A stretch of DNA of 63,746 nucleotides, counting the filler, from Patellaria atrata CBS 101060 (lineage: Eukaryota), in the NCBI GenBank assembly GCA_010093705.1. It is 31 parts of 31 records of this genome, joined end to end, with 100 filler letters (N's around TTAATTAATTAA, not from the genome) between each part and the next. Parts side by side here need not be neighbours in the genome. Positions count along the whole stretch, not along the records: positions 39,704 to 41,482 come from MU006189.1; positions 41,583 to 43,341 come from MU006190.1; positions 43,442 to 45,136 come from MU006191.1; positions 45,237 to 46,985 come from MU006192.1; positions 47,086 to 48,830 come from MU006193.1; positions 48,931 to 50,669 come from MU006194.1; positions 50,770 to 52,458 come from MU006195.1; 24 more parts are not named here. One strand, given 5' to 3'. Position 1 is the first letter of the stretch. Each line of letters opens with the position of its first letter. The notes below the pieces were generated by a model. The model did not search any database and was not told where the DNA came from. It was given only the letters and a program-made list of their open reading frames with translations. The position numbers and the translations under genes are program-made. Below are positions 39,704 through 52,558 of this stretch, piece after piece.

Positions 39704-41482
39704 TATATAAAATATAATAATTAAAATAATTAAAATAAATAATAAATTATATAAATATAAATAAAAAAAAGAAAATAAAAAAATATTATAATTAAATATA
39801 AAAAGAAAATAATAAAAATTATAAATAAATAAAATTAAAAAGATTTAATAAATTTTAATCGATTATAATAAATAAAATAAAAGAAATTTAAAAAATAATA
39901 ATAATTTATTTAAAAAGAAAGAAAATACTTTATAAATAAAATATATTTATAATATAAAGAAATAAAATATTTTAAAAGAAAATATTTATAAAAAATATAA
40001 TTATTATTATAATATAATTAATATATATAATTTAAAATTATATATTTAATATTATTATTATTAATTTTATTACTTGAAAAATAAAAAATTAAAGAAAAAT
40101 ATTATTATATTAAATAAAAATAAATAAATTAATAATATTATTTTTAATAATAGAAAAATTAATTAAAAAAGAAAATATTTTAATAATATTTAAATAATTA
40201 ATAATATTAAATTTATAAATATATATATATATATAATATTAAAGTATTTAATATAAAATTAAAATTAAAGAATTAAAATATAAATATTTAATAATTTAAA
40301 TCTTATATATTAAATTATAGAAAAATAATAATAATTTAAATAAAAACTTTAAAATTAAGAATTAATTAAATTAAAATTTAAATTTAATATAATTATTAAA
40401 AAATAATAATTAAATTTTATATTAAAAATAGAAGAATATTTAACTTTTTAATAAATATAATATAAAAAAAATAATTATTTATATTATAAATAATAAAAAA
40501 TTATAATAAAGTTTAAAAATTAAGATTTTATATATATATATATATTTATTTAAAGATAAATATTAAATAAAAAAATATAAAATCTATAAAAATAAAATAA
40601 AAATATTTAAAAAGAATTAAAAATTTAAATTATTAATAAATAATTATATAAAATATAATAATTTTAATTATATAGATAAATTTAAATATAAATAATATTA
40701 TTAAATATTAATTTATATAAATTATATAATAATAATAAAAGAAAATTATAAATATAATATAAATTATTAATATTATAAAGATTTAAAAAAAGAGTTTTAT
40801 AAAGAAAAAATATTTTTATAAAAAATAAAAATATTTTAAAATAATAAAAAAATATTTAAATATATTATTAAATATAATATATAAGACTTTAAATAATATA
40901 TAATTAAAGAATTATAAAATAATTATTATATAATATAAAGATAAAAAGTAAAAATTAAAAATAATTTAAATTATAATATAATTATTAAATAAAAATATTA
41001 AGAAATTAAATATAAAAAATATTATAAAAATTTATATTATAATAAATATAATAAATTATATTAAATTAAATATATAAAATTTAATTATTTAATATATAAT
41101 TATATAAAAAATTATTAAATTATTTAAAATAAAAATAATTAAGAAATATAATTTCTAAATTTTTTAAAATTTTATAAAATAATAATAGAATATTTTAAAT
41201 AAATATTATTATATATAATAAAAAATAATATTATTAATTTATTTATTTATTTATTTTATTTTAATAAATAAAGAAGAAAAGTATATTTTATATAAAATTT
41301 AAAAAATAATAAAGATATAAAATATAAATAAAGTTTTTTTAACTTTAAAATTATATTAATAAAAATTAATATATAAGGAAAAATAACTATTTAATATATT
41401 TTTATAATTAATTTAAAAGATATAAATATAATTTTAAAAATAAATTAATTATAAATAATAAATTTAAATATTAATTAAAAGA
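39704..41482 (+). mobile_element. Gypsy family B gag/protease region, heavily mutated copy
   Basis: Collinear with about 3053-4862 and with 37802-39603, with independent residual G/C positions. Confidence 0.8.
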
Positions 41483-42991
41483 NNNNNNNNNNNNNNNNNN
41501 NNNNNNNNNNNNNNNNNNNNNNNNNNTTAATTAATTAANNNNNNNNNNNNNNNNNNNNNNNNNNNNNNNNNNNNNNNNNNNNTGCCTTTCCTGCTGAGGT
41601 AGATGCGGGTGGTGGTCGGGAGGGAGAGAGGGAGAGGGGGAGGAGCTTGGGAGGAAGAAGGTGAGACCTGCGAGAAGGGAATGGCCGAAAGTACGGGCTG
41701 AGAGGGGGCGGGGGGGTTCTGATTTTCACGTGGATGTGGATGTGGACGTGCGTGGTGATGCTGGAGGAGGGGTTGGAGGAAGACACGAGCCTTAGGAGAA
41801 AGAAGGCGAAGCCTGGGAGGAGGGAACGGCTTGCACTACGGGCTGATAGGCGGAAAAATGGTAAGTCGTCTGGCGGCGGTGAGGCGTCCGTCGGCGGTGA
41901 GTCGTAGAACGGTGCCTGCGGTACGGTGTATGAATGGTGTATTATTAGGAGATGGGTTGGGTTTATAAAGTACGTGTATTTGCATATCTTGTTTGAAAAC
42001 TAGAGGTCGCGGTATGTATACCGAGTGTAGAGTGGTATATCAATATCCTGACCGATGTGACGTGACAGAAGTTAATGTCTACTGCTCTATCATTCCAGTT
42101 CCTCCTTGCCTTTGGAATTACCGTACGAGCACCGCATATCACCGCAACCTAATTCCGTACCTAAGGTCAAACCGTTCACCTCCCCATCCAACCTGATCGG
42201 TTCGCCCCAACTTACTCGTCGTAGAGTAATCCATCTTGCACGCCCCCAACACCCAACACCAAATGCCCCATATACGTGAGCGAGAGGACTCTCCAAAAAT
42301 ACTCCATTCGATACTACATCGTACCGTACCTCAAGATTAACGCATCAGTCTAGCAAACTAAGTTTGGTGCAGTACAGTACAGTACAGTACAGTACAAACA
42401 GTACAACCCCAATATTCTCCTACTACCGTAAGCCGAAGCTCTTTAATATATATAAAAGTGCTTTGGGGGGGTAAGGGGGAAGGTGGGGGGATACGATTGC
42501 TGTTTCCCGAATAACGGTTGAACTGGACTTGAGGGTTCGAGGTGCAGAGAAACTCGTTAGGGGGGTTGTAGTTGGATTTGTGGGTTGCGTTTAAGGGTTG
42601 GGTTAGGTTGGGAGTTCGTATGTGCCTGGACCTGACTGAGATGCACGGGGGTCGGTGATGTGGAAAGAAAGGTGTGAGAGTCGTTAGATGCAACTGTGGC
42701 CTTGGGAGATGGGATTTTGAGATCGTTATCTTTTTTGTTGTGGTTTCTCGAGACCGTGGGATTTTGTATATATCACAAACCTCATCGATGCCCTCATTTC
42801 GCTCATGATAAACTCATAATCGCATAACCCATAGCCCATCCTCGACCTCCATATTTCGACTCAAAAACCCGCCCCCCTCCTTCCCAAACGCCAACCTCCA
42901 ATGAACCCTATGACCGCATAACGCCTTAGCCCTCCTCTCCATTCTTTCTCAACCAGCAAACTTCTTTTCCCCCCTCCCCCTACCCTAGGGA

Positions 42992-43284
42992 TCAAAATCC
43001 CCCTTTCTCCTTGACCTCTGCCGGACCATCCCTCCGCGCCAAAAATGCAGCAACCTCCTTCTCCGAGGTCCCGACGTGCGCTTCCTTGTCCCGACGCGGC
43101 GTCATGCGACTGACGGCGCGCAGCGCGAGACGGACGCCGTTGGCTGCTGTGCGGAACTTGCTGTTGGGGAGGGGGGAGGGGTCGGCGAAGGGGTCTTGTT
43201 CAGATGTGGCGGTTTTGTCTTGCTTGTCTTGTATGGGCGAGGTGGGAGAGGAGGTTGGGGGCGTGGTGACGGTGTGCGAGCCGG
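42992..43284 (-). CDS. Probable terminal exon of a hypothetical protein
   Basis: A GCTAAC...AAACAG acceptor at 43285 is followed by an open frame GSHTVTTPP...EQDPFADPSP...KFRTAANGVRLALRAV...EKGGF*. Confidence 0.4.
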
Positions 43285-43441
43285 CTGTTTTCGTATGTTA
43301 GCGGCGTCCGGATTGATATGATTGATAGGAACTTTTTTTTTNNNNNNNNNNNNNNNNNNNNNNNNNNNNNNNNNNNNNNNNNNNNTTAATTAATTAANNN
43401 NNNNNNNNNNNNNNNNNNNNNNNNNNNNNNNNNNNNNNNNN

Positions 43442-45136
43442 CTACATTAATAACATTTTGGTTAGTACCCGTCTTCGAGTCCCAGAGCCTGACGGTGCGG
43501 TCGTATGATGCCGATGCCACGACCTGGCCGTCCGGCGAGAACGCTACTGCGTTGACCGAGCGCGTGTGGCCCTCGAGCGTGCTGAGGCCCGCGCCCGTCT
43601 TCGAGTCCCAGAGCATGACGGTGCAGTCGTCTGATGCCGATACCATGGCCTGGCCATCCGGCGAGAACGCTATGGCGTTGACCGAGTCCGTGTGGCCCTC
43701 GAGCGTGCTGAGGCCCGCGCCCGTCTTCGAGTCCCAGAGCATGACGGTGCGGTCGTCTGATGCCGATGCCACGACCTGGCCATCCGGCGAGAACGCTACG
43801 GCATTGACCGGTCCCGTGTGGTCCTTGAGCGTGCTGAGACCCACGCCCGTCTTCGAGTCCCAGAGCATGACGGTGCAGTCGTCTGATGCCGATATCATGG
43901 CCTGGCCATCCGGCGAGAACGCTATGGCGTTGACCGAGTCCGTGTGGCCCTCGAGCGTGCTGAGACCCGCGCCCGTCTTCGAGGCCCAAAGCCTGACGGT
44001 GCAGTCGTCTGATGCCGATGCAACGACCTGGCTGTCCGGCGAGAACGCTATAGCCTTGACCCAATCCGTGTGGCCCTCGAGCGTGCTGAGGCCCGCACCC
44101 GTCTTCGAGTCCCAGAGCATGACCGTGCGATCGTCTGATGCCGATGCCACGACCTGGCCATCCGGCGAGAACGCTATGGCGTTGACCAAGCGCGTGTGGC
44201 CCTCGAGCGTGCTGAGACCCGCGCCCGTCTTCGAGCCCCAGAGCCTGACTGTGCGGTCGTATGATGCCGATGCCACGACCTGGCCGTCCGGCGATAACGG
44301 TACGGTCTTGACCCAGTTCGTGTGGCCCTCGAGCGTGCTGAGGCTCGCGTCCGTCTTCGAGTCCCAGAGCCTGACGGTGCGGTCGTATGATGCCGATGCC
44401 ACAACCTGGCCATCCGGCGAGAACGCTAAGGCGTTGACCGAGCGCGTGTGGCCCTCGAGCGTGCTGAGACCCGCGCCCGTCTTCGAGTCCCAGAGCCTGA
44501 CGGTGTGGTCGTCTGATGCCGATGCCACGACCTGGCCGTCTGGCGAGAACGCTACGGTCTTGACCCAGTTCGTGTGGCCCTCGAGCGTGCTGAGGCCAGC
44601 GCCCGTCTTCGAGTTCCAGAGCCTGACGGTGCGGTCGTATGATGCCGATGCCACAACCTGGCCATCCGGCGAGAACGCTACGGCCTTGACCGAGCTCGTG
44701 TGGCCCTCGAGCGTGCTTAGACCCGCGCCCGTCTTCGAGTCCCAGAGCATGACGGTGCAGTCGTCTGATGCCGATGCCACGACCTGGCCGTCCGGCGAGA
44801 ACGCTACGGCGTTGACCCGGTCCATGTGGCCCACGAGCGTGCTGAGGCCCGCGCCCGTCTTCGAGTCCCAGAGCCTGACGGTGCGGTCGTATGATGCCGA
44901 TGTCACGACCTGGCCGTCCGGCGAGAACGCTACGGCATTCACCGAGCGCATGTGGCCCTCGAGCCTGCTGAGGCCCGCGCCCGTCTTCGAGTCCCAGAGC
45001 CTGACGGTGCGGTCGTCTGATGCCGATGCCACGACCTGGCCGTCTAGCGAGAACGCTACGGTCTTGACCCAGTTCGTGTGGCCCTCGAGCGTGCTGAGGC
45101 TCGCGCCCGTCTTCGAGTCCCAGAGCCTGACCGTGC
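43442..45136 (-). CDS. WD40 repeat domain with high internal identity, typical of fungal NLR (NACHT-WD / HET-E-like) proteins; partial
   Basis: There are 13 full plus one partial 42-aa (126-bp) repeats of consensus LSTLEGHTxxVxAVAFSPDGQVVASASxDxTVRLWDSKTGAG. The frame is open across the whole contig. NACHT and effector domains are not in the window. Confidence 0.9.
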
Positions 45137-47237
45137 NNNNNNNNNNNNNNNNNNNNNNNNNNNNNNNNNNNNNNNNNNNNTTAATTAATTAANNNNNNNN
45201 NNNNNNNNNNNNNNNNNNNNNNNNNNNNNNNNNNNNAACACAACCGCTTGAAGAGAGCGTTAAGAAACAATTGTGCATGTACAGTACCTTGCGCATGGCC
45301 GTCGAGTGACCTGTGTCATCTGATTACTATTACCGTATAACTAAAGGGCGTTATTGTGTTTTATAGAGAAAACTGGGCAACTGAAGATGGCGATTTGCGA
45401 AGTCACATCCGATGATCATGAGAATTACACTTCTCTCCATACAGATGCTTGACTCTTGCTGTAAGCCTGTCGTATATTTCAAGACCTTGAAAACTCCGGC
45501 GAGATCAGAAAGTACGGGATACGTTCATCACGCGTGCGGTACTACTTCAAGCTATCCATCCCCACCATCATCAGCGCCGAAAGATGGCGAAGGCCGCGAT
45601 AGCGATGCTTCCATTCTCCATTGATGATCAACAAACGAGGGGAGAATCACGGGAGAATGATCAATGATGCGGATAGCCTAGGCTAGGATAGCACGGGCAG
45701 GTCAGTCGTGGGTACAGTACTGGGTACAGTCTACGGGACGGTCCTTTAAGGTTGAGCCCGTAGCTGTCAGTCATGGCACTTGCTAGAGCCCCCGCTTCAA
45801 AATTCGATACTGTATGCGGATAGAGGATGTGCAAAAACATGTTCGTACACGTACTTGCAACGGGTGGTAGAGCGAACTGGAACTGAGGATACGGTACCGA
45901 CATCTGTCGTACCAAACACCCTTTTTCAACCTCACGAGATGCCATCGCCTTTTCGTCCGCACCCGGGTTTTTGCTTGAGCGTTTGAGCTCTTATTAGATA
46001 CAGCATGAAGGGCCATGATCTCGCTGGTCTATCATCAGCCACCACTTCACCAGAACTGGGTCTGGTCCGATTCCGGCTTTCCTATTTGTCTCCTCTCTCG
46101 TACCCAGTGATCCAGTCAAGCAACCGCTCTCTGGTTTGCTATTTTGGATCATGGGCCGCTGACTGGATAGCGCCCGCTTGCCTTCCTCCAAGGCGAGACA
46201 AAACAGAGTTCGGGGAAAAGAGCCCGACATCTAAACAATTGTCCATTCTTGCTCGCGTGGGAAAGTTGAAGCTTCGCCTTACTCCTACCCCATCGGATCT
46301 CAACAGAAGGAGAGGCGCTTCAGAAGGCTTCCATTCCGGAAATGGGTTTTCCTTCCACAGCCATTCTCATCGGCCTTGCAAAAGCTCGTTAGCTGAAATC
46401 TCTTCGCCCTTCAGGATTGGTAGTGCAAGAGCAAACATGCTGGTGGTAGGATTCGCTGAAGCCGGGTTGGGTGCTGCAGAGGTGAGTTAGTGAGCAGTAG
46501 GTGCCAGTACATTGGTGCATCAGGACCAGTCATCCGCCAATGCTCCCGCCTTTTCCTTCTTTTCCTGCTCTTCCTTAGTCTTTTTGCTGCATCTGTTAGA
46601 GGGAAGCGTAACGAAGAGCTGCATTACGACCCGACAAAGACTCAAAAGAGAGTCGGGGCATCGAATGGTAGCACGGCGGGAGTGTAGGCTTGTTTCGCGT
46701 GCTCCCCACGGAATTGATTGAGCTCCAATGATGAAGGAGCAATGAGGAGGTATGGACACTGCTGCCAATATTCCCCCACCCCACTTCCCTCCACTTCCCT
46801 TAAAATTCCCTTCCCCAAGGGATCCGCCTGTAGAGGCGATGAGGAGGTAACGATATGAAAGACAGCAAAGCCCCCGTTCCCCCCTCCCACTTTTCCTCTT
46901 TTCTTTCACTTGCTTTTCCAAGCTTTTTTGATCTTCATACCTTTTACCCATCTGCTATTTTGCAGCGTCGGTCCTATACCCCCCCNNNNNNNNNNNNNNN
47001 NNNNNNNNNNNNNNNNNNNNNNNNNNNNNTTAATTAATTAANNNNNNNNNNNNNNNNNNNNNNNNNNNNNNNNNNNNNNNNNNNNTTTCATTTCTCTCTT
47101 CATGTATACGTATGTTCTGGGAAGTTGCAATTGAGCTTCGATCGACTACCTGTCCCCTGTACAGTACGATGTTCAAGCATGAATCTATGTACGCATGTCA
47201 TAAGTATCTTCAGGAACCTATACTAATGTCTAGTCAG

Positions 47238-48433
47238 GTCAACCGTTCGGTATGTCTCATATCCTTGGACACGCATTTCCCCACATTGTTAACGTAGGAC
47301 TGGCTCAGATATCGTCAAGGTCAGACTACAGACAACGCAGCAATACACCGGCGCAATTGACTGTGCATCAAAAATTCTTAAGAATGAAGGCGCACTCGCA
47401 TTCTACAAAGGTACATTGACGCCGTTGATCGGTATCGGCGCCTGCGTAAGTATTCTTCCCTTTCAAGAACAGTCCGAGCCGCTATTGTACACATTACGCC
47501 CCCAACAAACAGTCGAAACAACATGATTTGTTTCATGAGCCTCCCTTTCGCCCGTTTCATTGAACATATGATCCTTTGTTTCAACAGCCTTTCTATCTCT
47601 AACCCCAACATACCTACACTATCAAACTTATTCTCGTCACCGCCCCCATCTTTACACCGACATCTCTCACAGCCTAACACCCAACGCCCAGGTCTCCGTC
47701 CAATTCGGCGCCTTTCACTACATGCGCCGGCGCTTTGAATCCCAAAACCTGGCCTCCAACCCCCTCGCCTCCTCAGACCTCAGCTACACGCAATACTACC
47801 TCTGCGGCGCCTTCGCCGGCATAGTCAACACGCCTCTCTCCTCCCCGATCGAGCACGTGCGCATCCGGCTGCAGACCCAACCCCACGGCGCCGGACGCCT
47901 TTACGCCGGGCCCCTCGATTGCATCCGCCAGCTCGGCACCAGAAACATCTACCGCGGCACCCTGCCCACGCTCTTCCGCGAGGCGCAGGCCTACGGCATC
48001 TGGTTCACGACCTTCGAGTGGCTCATGAGGAAAGACGCCGCGCGCCTCGGCGTCAGGAGGGAGGACGTCCCGACGTGGAAGGTTGCGTTTTACGGCGGCT
48101 TGGCGGGCGAGGCTCTCTGGTTGGGCAGTTATCCGTTCGATGTCATCAAGTCGCGCATGCAGACGGATGGGTTCGGCGACAAGGCGAGGTATAGAGGGTT
48201 CTTGGACTGCGTGAGACACACTTACAGGGGAGAGGGCGCGATGGGGTTCTGGAGAGGCATTGGACCGACGTTGGTGAGGGCTATGCCGGTGAGCGCCGGG
48301 ACTTTCGTAACGTAAGTTGCTTTTCCCTTGAGGCTTTGTTCCTAATCCTAGTCGTGTTGGGTGCGTAAGTTGAGACTTTTGCTGACGACGAACGACGAAC
48401 AGTGTCGAGCTCACGATGAGGTTGATCAGGTAG
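47238..48433 (+). CDS. YMC1: Mitochondrial carrier (SLC25), YMC1/YMC2-like, 5'-truncated; exons 47238-47249, 47309-47445, 47692-48311, 48403-48433
   Basis: Three carrier signatures are present (PFDIVKVRLQ, PIEHVRIRLQ, PFDVIKSRMQ), plus AFYKGTLTPLIGIGACVSVQFG and LVRAMPVSAGTF. The introns are canonical. The orthology call is from motif recognition only. Confidence 0.9.
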
Positions 48434-48579
48434 AGATGGTTGGTTTAAGGCATGATAGATGCGATACCACGTATTATTCTCAATGACAAGGAGATTCTCC
48501 CTCCAATGCCAACTTACGTAAACGAAAAGCATTTCCCAAGTCTCTATTTTCCAACCTTCCCCAAACCCCAAATATCCAA

Positions 48580-48830
48580 TCAATCACCGCCCTCGACAAC
48601 CCTACCCACGAACCCATCCAACCCCGCCGCGCCCCTCTGTCCTCTCTCATGCCCCCCATAGAGCCCTTGCCCCACACCACTAGGCATAACGAGCACCTTC
48701 GCCCCAACCTCGACAAACTCCCTCGCAGCGCTAAACTGAAACGTGACAAGCGTAGCCCCCATCTCGCGCTCCGCACCCTCACTCCCCTCCTCCCCCGCCT
48801 CCTCATCCTCAAACCCCCCAAACCCCCCCC
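48580..48830 (-). CDS. C-terminal fragment of a convergent gene, possibly a fungal GTPBP1/2-like translational GTPase tail
   Basis: An open frame runs from the contig edge: ...LVTFQFSAAREFVEVGAKVLVMPSG...GLDGFVGRVVEGGD*. The family assignment is from recalled similarity and is tentative. Confidence 0.4.
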
Positions 48831-48930
48831 NNNNNNNNNNNNNNNNNNNNNNNNNNNNNNNNNNNNNNNNNNNNTTAATTAATTAANNNNNNNNNNNNNN
48901 NNNNNNNNNNNNNNNNNNNNNNNNNNNNNN

Positions 48931-50018
48931 ACATCTCGGCTAAGGTAGCCGCAAAGCTATACTACGAACACGTATGGCGGATATACGGCACACCGGAGAC
49001 AGCGACATCAGACCGTGGTCCATAGTTTGTTTCTGCATTTACAGATAAGCTTTGCAAACTGACGAAAGTGAAACAGAAGCTGTCCACAGCTTACCACTCG
49101 CAGACGAACGGAGGCACGGAGATTATTAACCAGTATATAGATCTACGGCTCCGGCCCTTCGTGAACCACCACCAGAGTAATTGGTCGGAGCTGCTACCCG
49201 CAGTAGACTTTGCCCAGGCCACGTTAGTCCACGAATCGACGGGCATTTCCCCTTACGAGTTAGAATTCGGTTACCAACCACGAATGCATTTCGACTGGCA
49301 AGAGCGGACAGATCTCGACGCATGCAAGACAGTCCGAGAAAAGATGAGTAGAGAGGAAGCTCAACTATTCGCGAAACGCACCCACGACGCCGTCAAATGG
49401 GCGAGGAACAACCTGGAAAAGGCACAGGCAACACAGGCAAAGTCGGCCAACAAGCATCGGAGAGAACCAGACTTCGGACCAGGAGACTACGTCTTTATCT
49501 CACGTAAAGGCTGGATATCGGATAGGCCGAGTGTCAAACTAGACTATCAGAACGCAGGTCCATACAAGATAACAGGAATGAAGGGGCACTCTTACGTGAT
49601 CGACTTGCCCACCAACATGAAGATGTCGAACGTATTCCACGCAGACAGGCTTCGCAAAGCACCGATGGACCCGTTACCCGGACAACGGCTAGAACCACCA
49701 CCGCCGATCGAAATAGACGGCGAGCCCGAATATGAAGTAGATAAGATCCTGGCAAGCCGCATCTCTCGCGGCAAGTTACAGTATAAAGCAAGTTGGATCG
49801 GATACGACCCTGACGAGACGTGGTATCCGGCTCGTAACTTCATCGGAGCACCGCACAAGCTCGAAGAATTCCACGATCAGAGACCAGCCGACGCCGGACC
49901 ACCAGTCCGACTTAAAGAATGGCTCCAAGCCTTTAGATCCGAGACAGAAGCAGAGCCGCACGACGATGACGATATAGCCGAAAAGACGGGGCCTATACAG
50001 ATTTTGAGACGTCGTAAA
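48931..50018 (+). mobile_element. Gypsy family A (chromovirus) pol 3' end: integrase and chromodomain, nearly intact
   Basis: Contains SDRGP*F (TAG at 49023, likely from CAG), STAYHSQTNGGTE, GPY module NAGPYKI, SNVFHADRL and chromodomain EYEVDKILASR...QYKASWIGYD..ETWYPARNF. Confidence 0.95.
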
Positions 50019-50669
50019 TGTCAGATAGCTGATCCCCGATAGCCTTATGTTGGAAGATCGTCAGGATCTCCAGGAGTTCGTGTTGGAGATCTTCAGAGCT
50101 AAATGCTCAGCTCCGACTTATCGGTTAAGTATCACCAAAACTATAACATTAGCTCACTCTTTTGATGTCATCTCTTATTTTATATCTGACGTAGGTAGTA
50201 TCGTTATGTTCGCCTTGATTTGGAGATTACGTAGCTAGGCTTCGTGACGTCAAAGGGTTAATCAATAAGGTGGTCTGTCATTATATAAACACTAGATAGA
50301 GTCCGTAGTTGTACGGAGAAGAAAGCGACTACATTCAGTTACCCACAATCTCACAGTTATGAGCCCGGTTTGCACGTAGCTTTGAGAGATCAGCTGAGAT
50401 TTTCCGATATTTTAAGCATTATCTTTATCAGTCTTTTGACTCCTTTTACCCTTGTGGTGGTGCTTTTACTGCTCCATCTACTCTTGGATATATCTTTGCT
50501 TAAATATACTCCTATCTCTTCTGGTTTTAAGCTGTCTGCTTGCCAATATGTCGTCTTCAACCCTTACCTCGAAGTCTTCCATTATACTGAACTCGTCTTC
50601 CGATTGGAACACGTGGATTGGTCTGATCAAAGGAAAAGCTGAAGCTAGCAAAGTATGGAAATACGTAAA
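50019..50669 (+). mobile_element. Ty1/Copia 5' end: LTR (50019 to about 50355), PBS (50356-50366), gag start (ATG 50548)
   Basis: TG...CA termini. The PBS GTTATGAGCCC is complementary to the anticodon arm of initiator tRNA-Met. The gag N-terminus reads IILNSSSDWNTWIGLIKGKAEASKVWKYV. A second LTR copy is at 21169-21313. Confidence 0.88.
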
Positions 50670-50769
50670 NNNNNNNNNNNNNNNNNNNNNNNNNNNNNNN
50701 NNNNNNNNNNNNNTTAATTAATTAANNNNNNNNNNNNNNNNNNNNNNNNNNNNNNNNNNNNNNNNNNNN

Positions 50770-52458
50770 TTTATAATTTATCTTTAAATTTTATATTAAA
50801 GTTTATTAAAATATTAATTTAAATAATTTATTTTTATTTAAAATAATCTTTTTTAATATTTAATAATTTATTAATACTATTTTTAATATTAATACTATTA
50901 TTTATAATATTATTATTATTATCTTTATTAATATAAAGTAAATAAACTTTATTAATTATTTTATAATAATTAATATTATATTATACTTTATTTTTATTAT
51001 TAAATTTTTAGATTCTAATAAATTTATAATAAAGTTTATTATTATTAAATTTTATACTTATCTTAATAATTTAATATATTATATTTATTTATAAAGTATA
51101 TATTTTATACTTTTATTCTATATATAATTATTATATTTTAAAATAATTTATTTTACTATACTTTTTATTTTTAAGAAATAATAATTCTTTAAAATTCTTT
51201 TTAATATTTTATTAATATCTTAATAATTATATATTAATACTTTATAAATTTTTTTAGTAAAAGTCTTTTATAATATTATTAATATATATATAAGTTTATT
51301 ATATAATTATATTTTTTAAACTATTTTTATTATTTTAAAATTATTATTTTTTTAAAATTCTTCTATTATATTATTTTTTTAATAGATATTATAAATTTAT
51401 TATTTTTTTATAAATTTAATTATTAGTATTATAGTTAATTTTAATTAATTATAAATAATCGCGTTATTTTCTTTCTTTAATATTATATTATATATTAATT
51501 TTATTTTTTTTTAAATAATTAAATTTTCTATTTATAATATTAATTAATTTATTTTTAATTTCTAATTTATAGAATATTTTAAAGTTAAAAGATATAAATA
51601 TTTCTATTTATTTTATTTATTTTATTTATTTTTAATTTAATTTTTTTATTATAAAGAAATTTATTAAATTTTAATAATTTAATTAAATTTTTATAATATA
51701 TTTAAGTTTTTTAAAATATAATCTTTATTATTTAAATATATTAATAATTATTAATAATTCTTTATTATATATATTATAGTTTAATTTTATAATTATAAAT
51801 TTTTATAAATAAAAGATTATTAAATATAATTATTTTTTTTTATTTAATTAACTTATATATATATTTAATATATAATTAAATATATTAGTTTTTAATATTA
51901 TTAATTTCTTTAAATTAAATATAATTAAAATAAATAATATAATAAACTTTTTTTTAAATTTATTAAATACTTTTTATATCTTTTTTATTTAAATAAAGAT
52001 ATTTTCCTTTTTTATTAATTTTAATAGTAATATTATTATCTTTAAATATCTTTAAATAAACTTTTTATAATAATTTATAAAATTTAAAAATAATTATATA
52101 TTTTTTATATTCTTTAATATTAATTAATCTTTAATTATAATTATTTTCTTTAAATTTATTTATATATTTTTAATAATAATAATAAAGTTTAAAAATTTTA
52201 TTTTTTTAATATAAAATTTATATTTATTTAAATATATTAAAAGTCTTTTCTTTTATAATTTTCTTAATACTTTTTTTATATATTCTTTATATTTTTTAAA
52301 TATTTTATTTATATATACTAGTATATTATTTAAATAAATAGTTATAAATATATTTAAATACTTTTTTAATATATAATTAATTATTATTTAAAATATTATT
52401 AAAATATTAATTAAGTTAAATAATATTATTATATATTTATATAATTTAAATTTTATTT
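50770..52458 (-). mobile_element. Gypsy family B RT-RNase H region, heavily mutated
   Basis: The reverse complement of the right end matches the RT segment at about 5495-5689 and 52559-53440. Confidence 0.8.
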
Positions 52459-52558
52459 NNNNNNNNNNNNNNNNNNNNNNNNNNNNNNNNNNNNNNNNNN
52501 NNTTAATTAATTAANNNNNNNNNNNNNNNNNNNNNNNNNNNNNNNNNNNNNNNNNNNN

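Noticed and set aside
31936..41482. AT-rich contigs as mitochondrial, endosymbiont or contaminant DNA
   Set aside because: They align by transitions to each other and to GC-normal LTR sequence in the same window, and contain no organellar genes.
43495..45192. 565-aa plus-strand ORF antisense to the WD40 array
   Set aside because: A mirror frame of a GC-rich 126-bp repeat. One stop-free unit propagates through the array, and the protein has no independent features.
45237..46985. Cluster of overlapping 60-160-aa ORFs
   Set aside because: No domain similarity or coherent exon chain that I can support.
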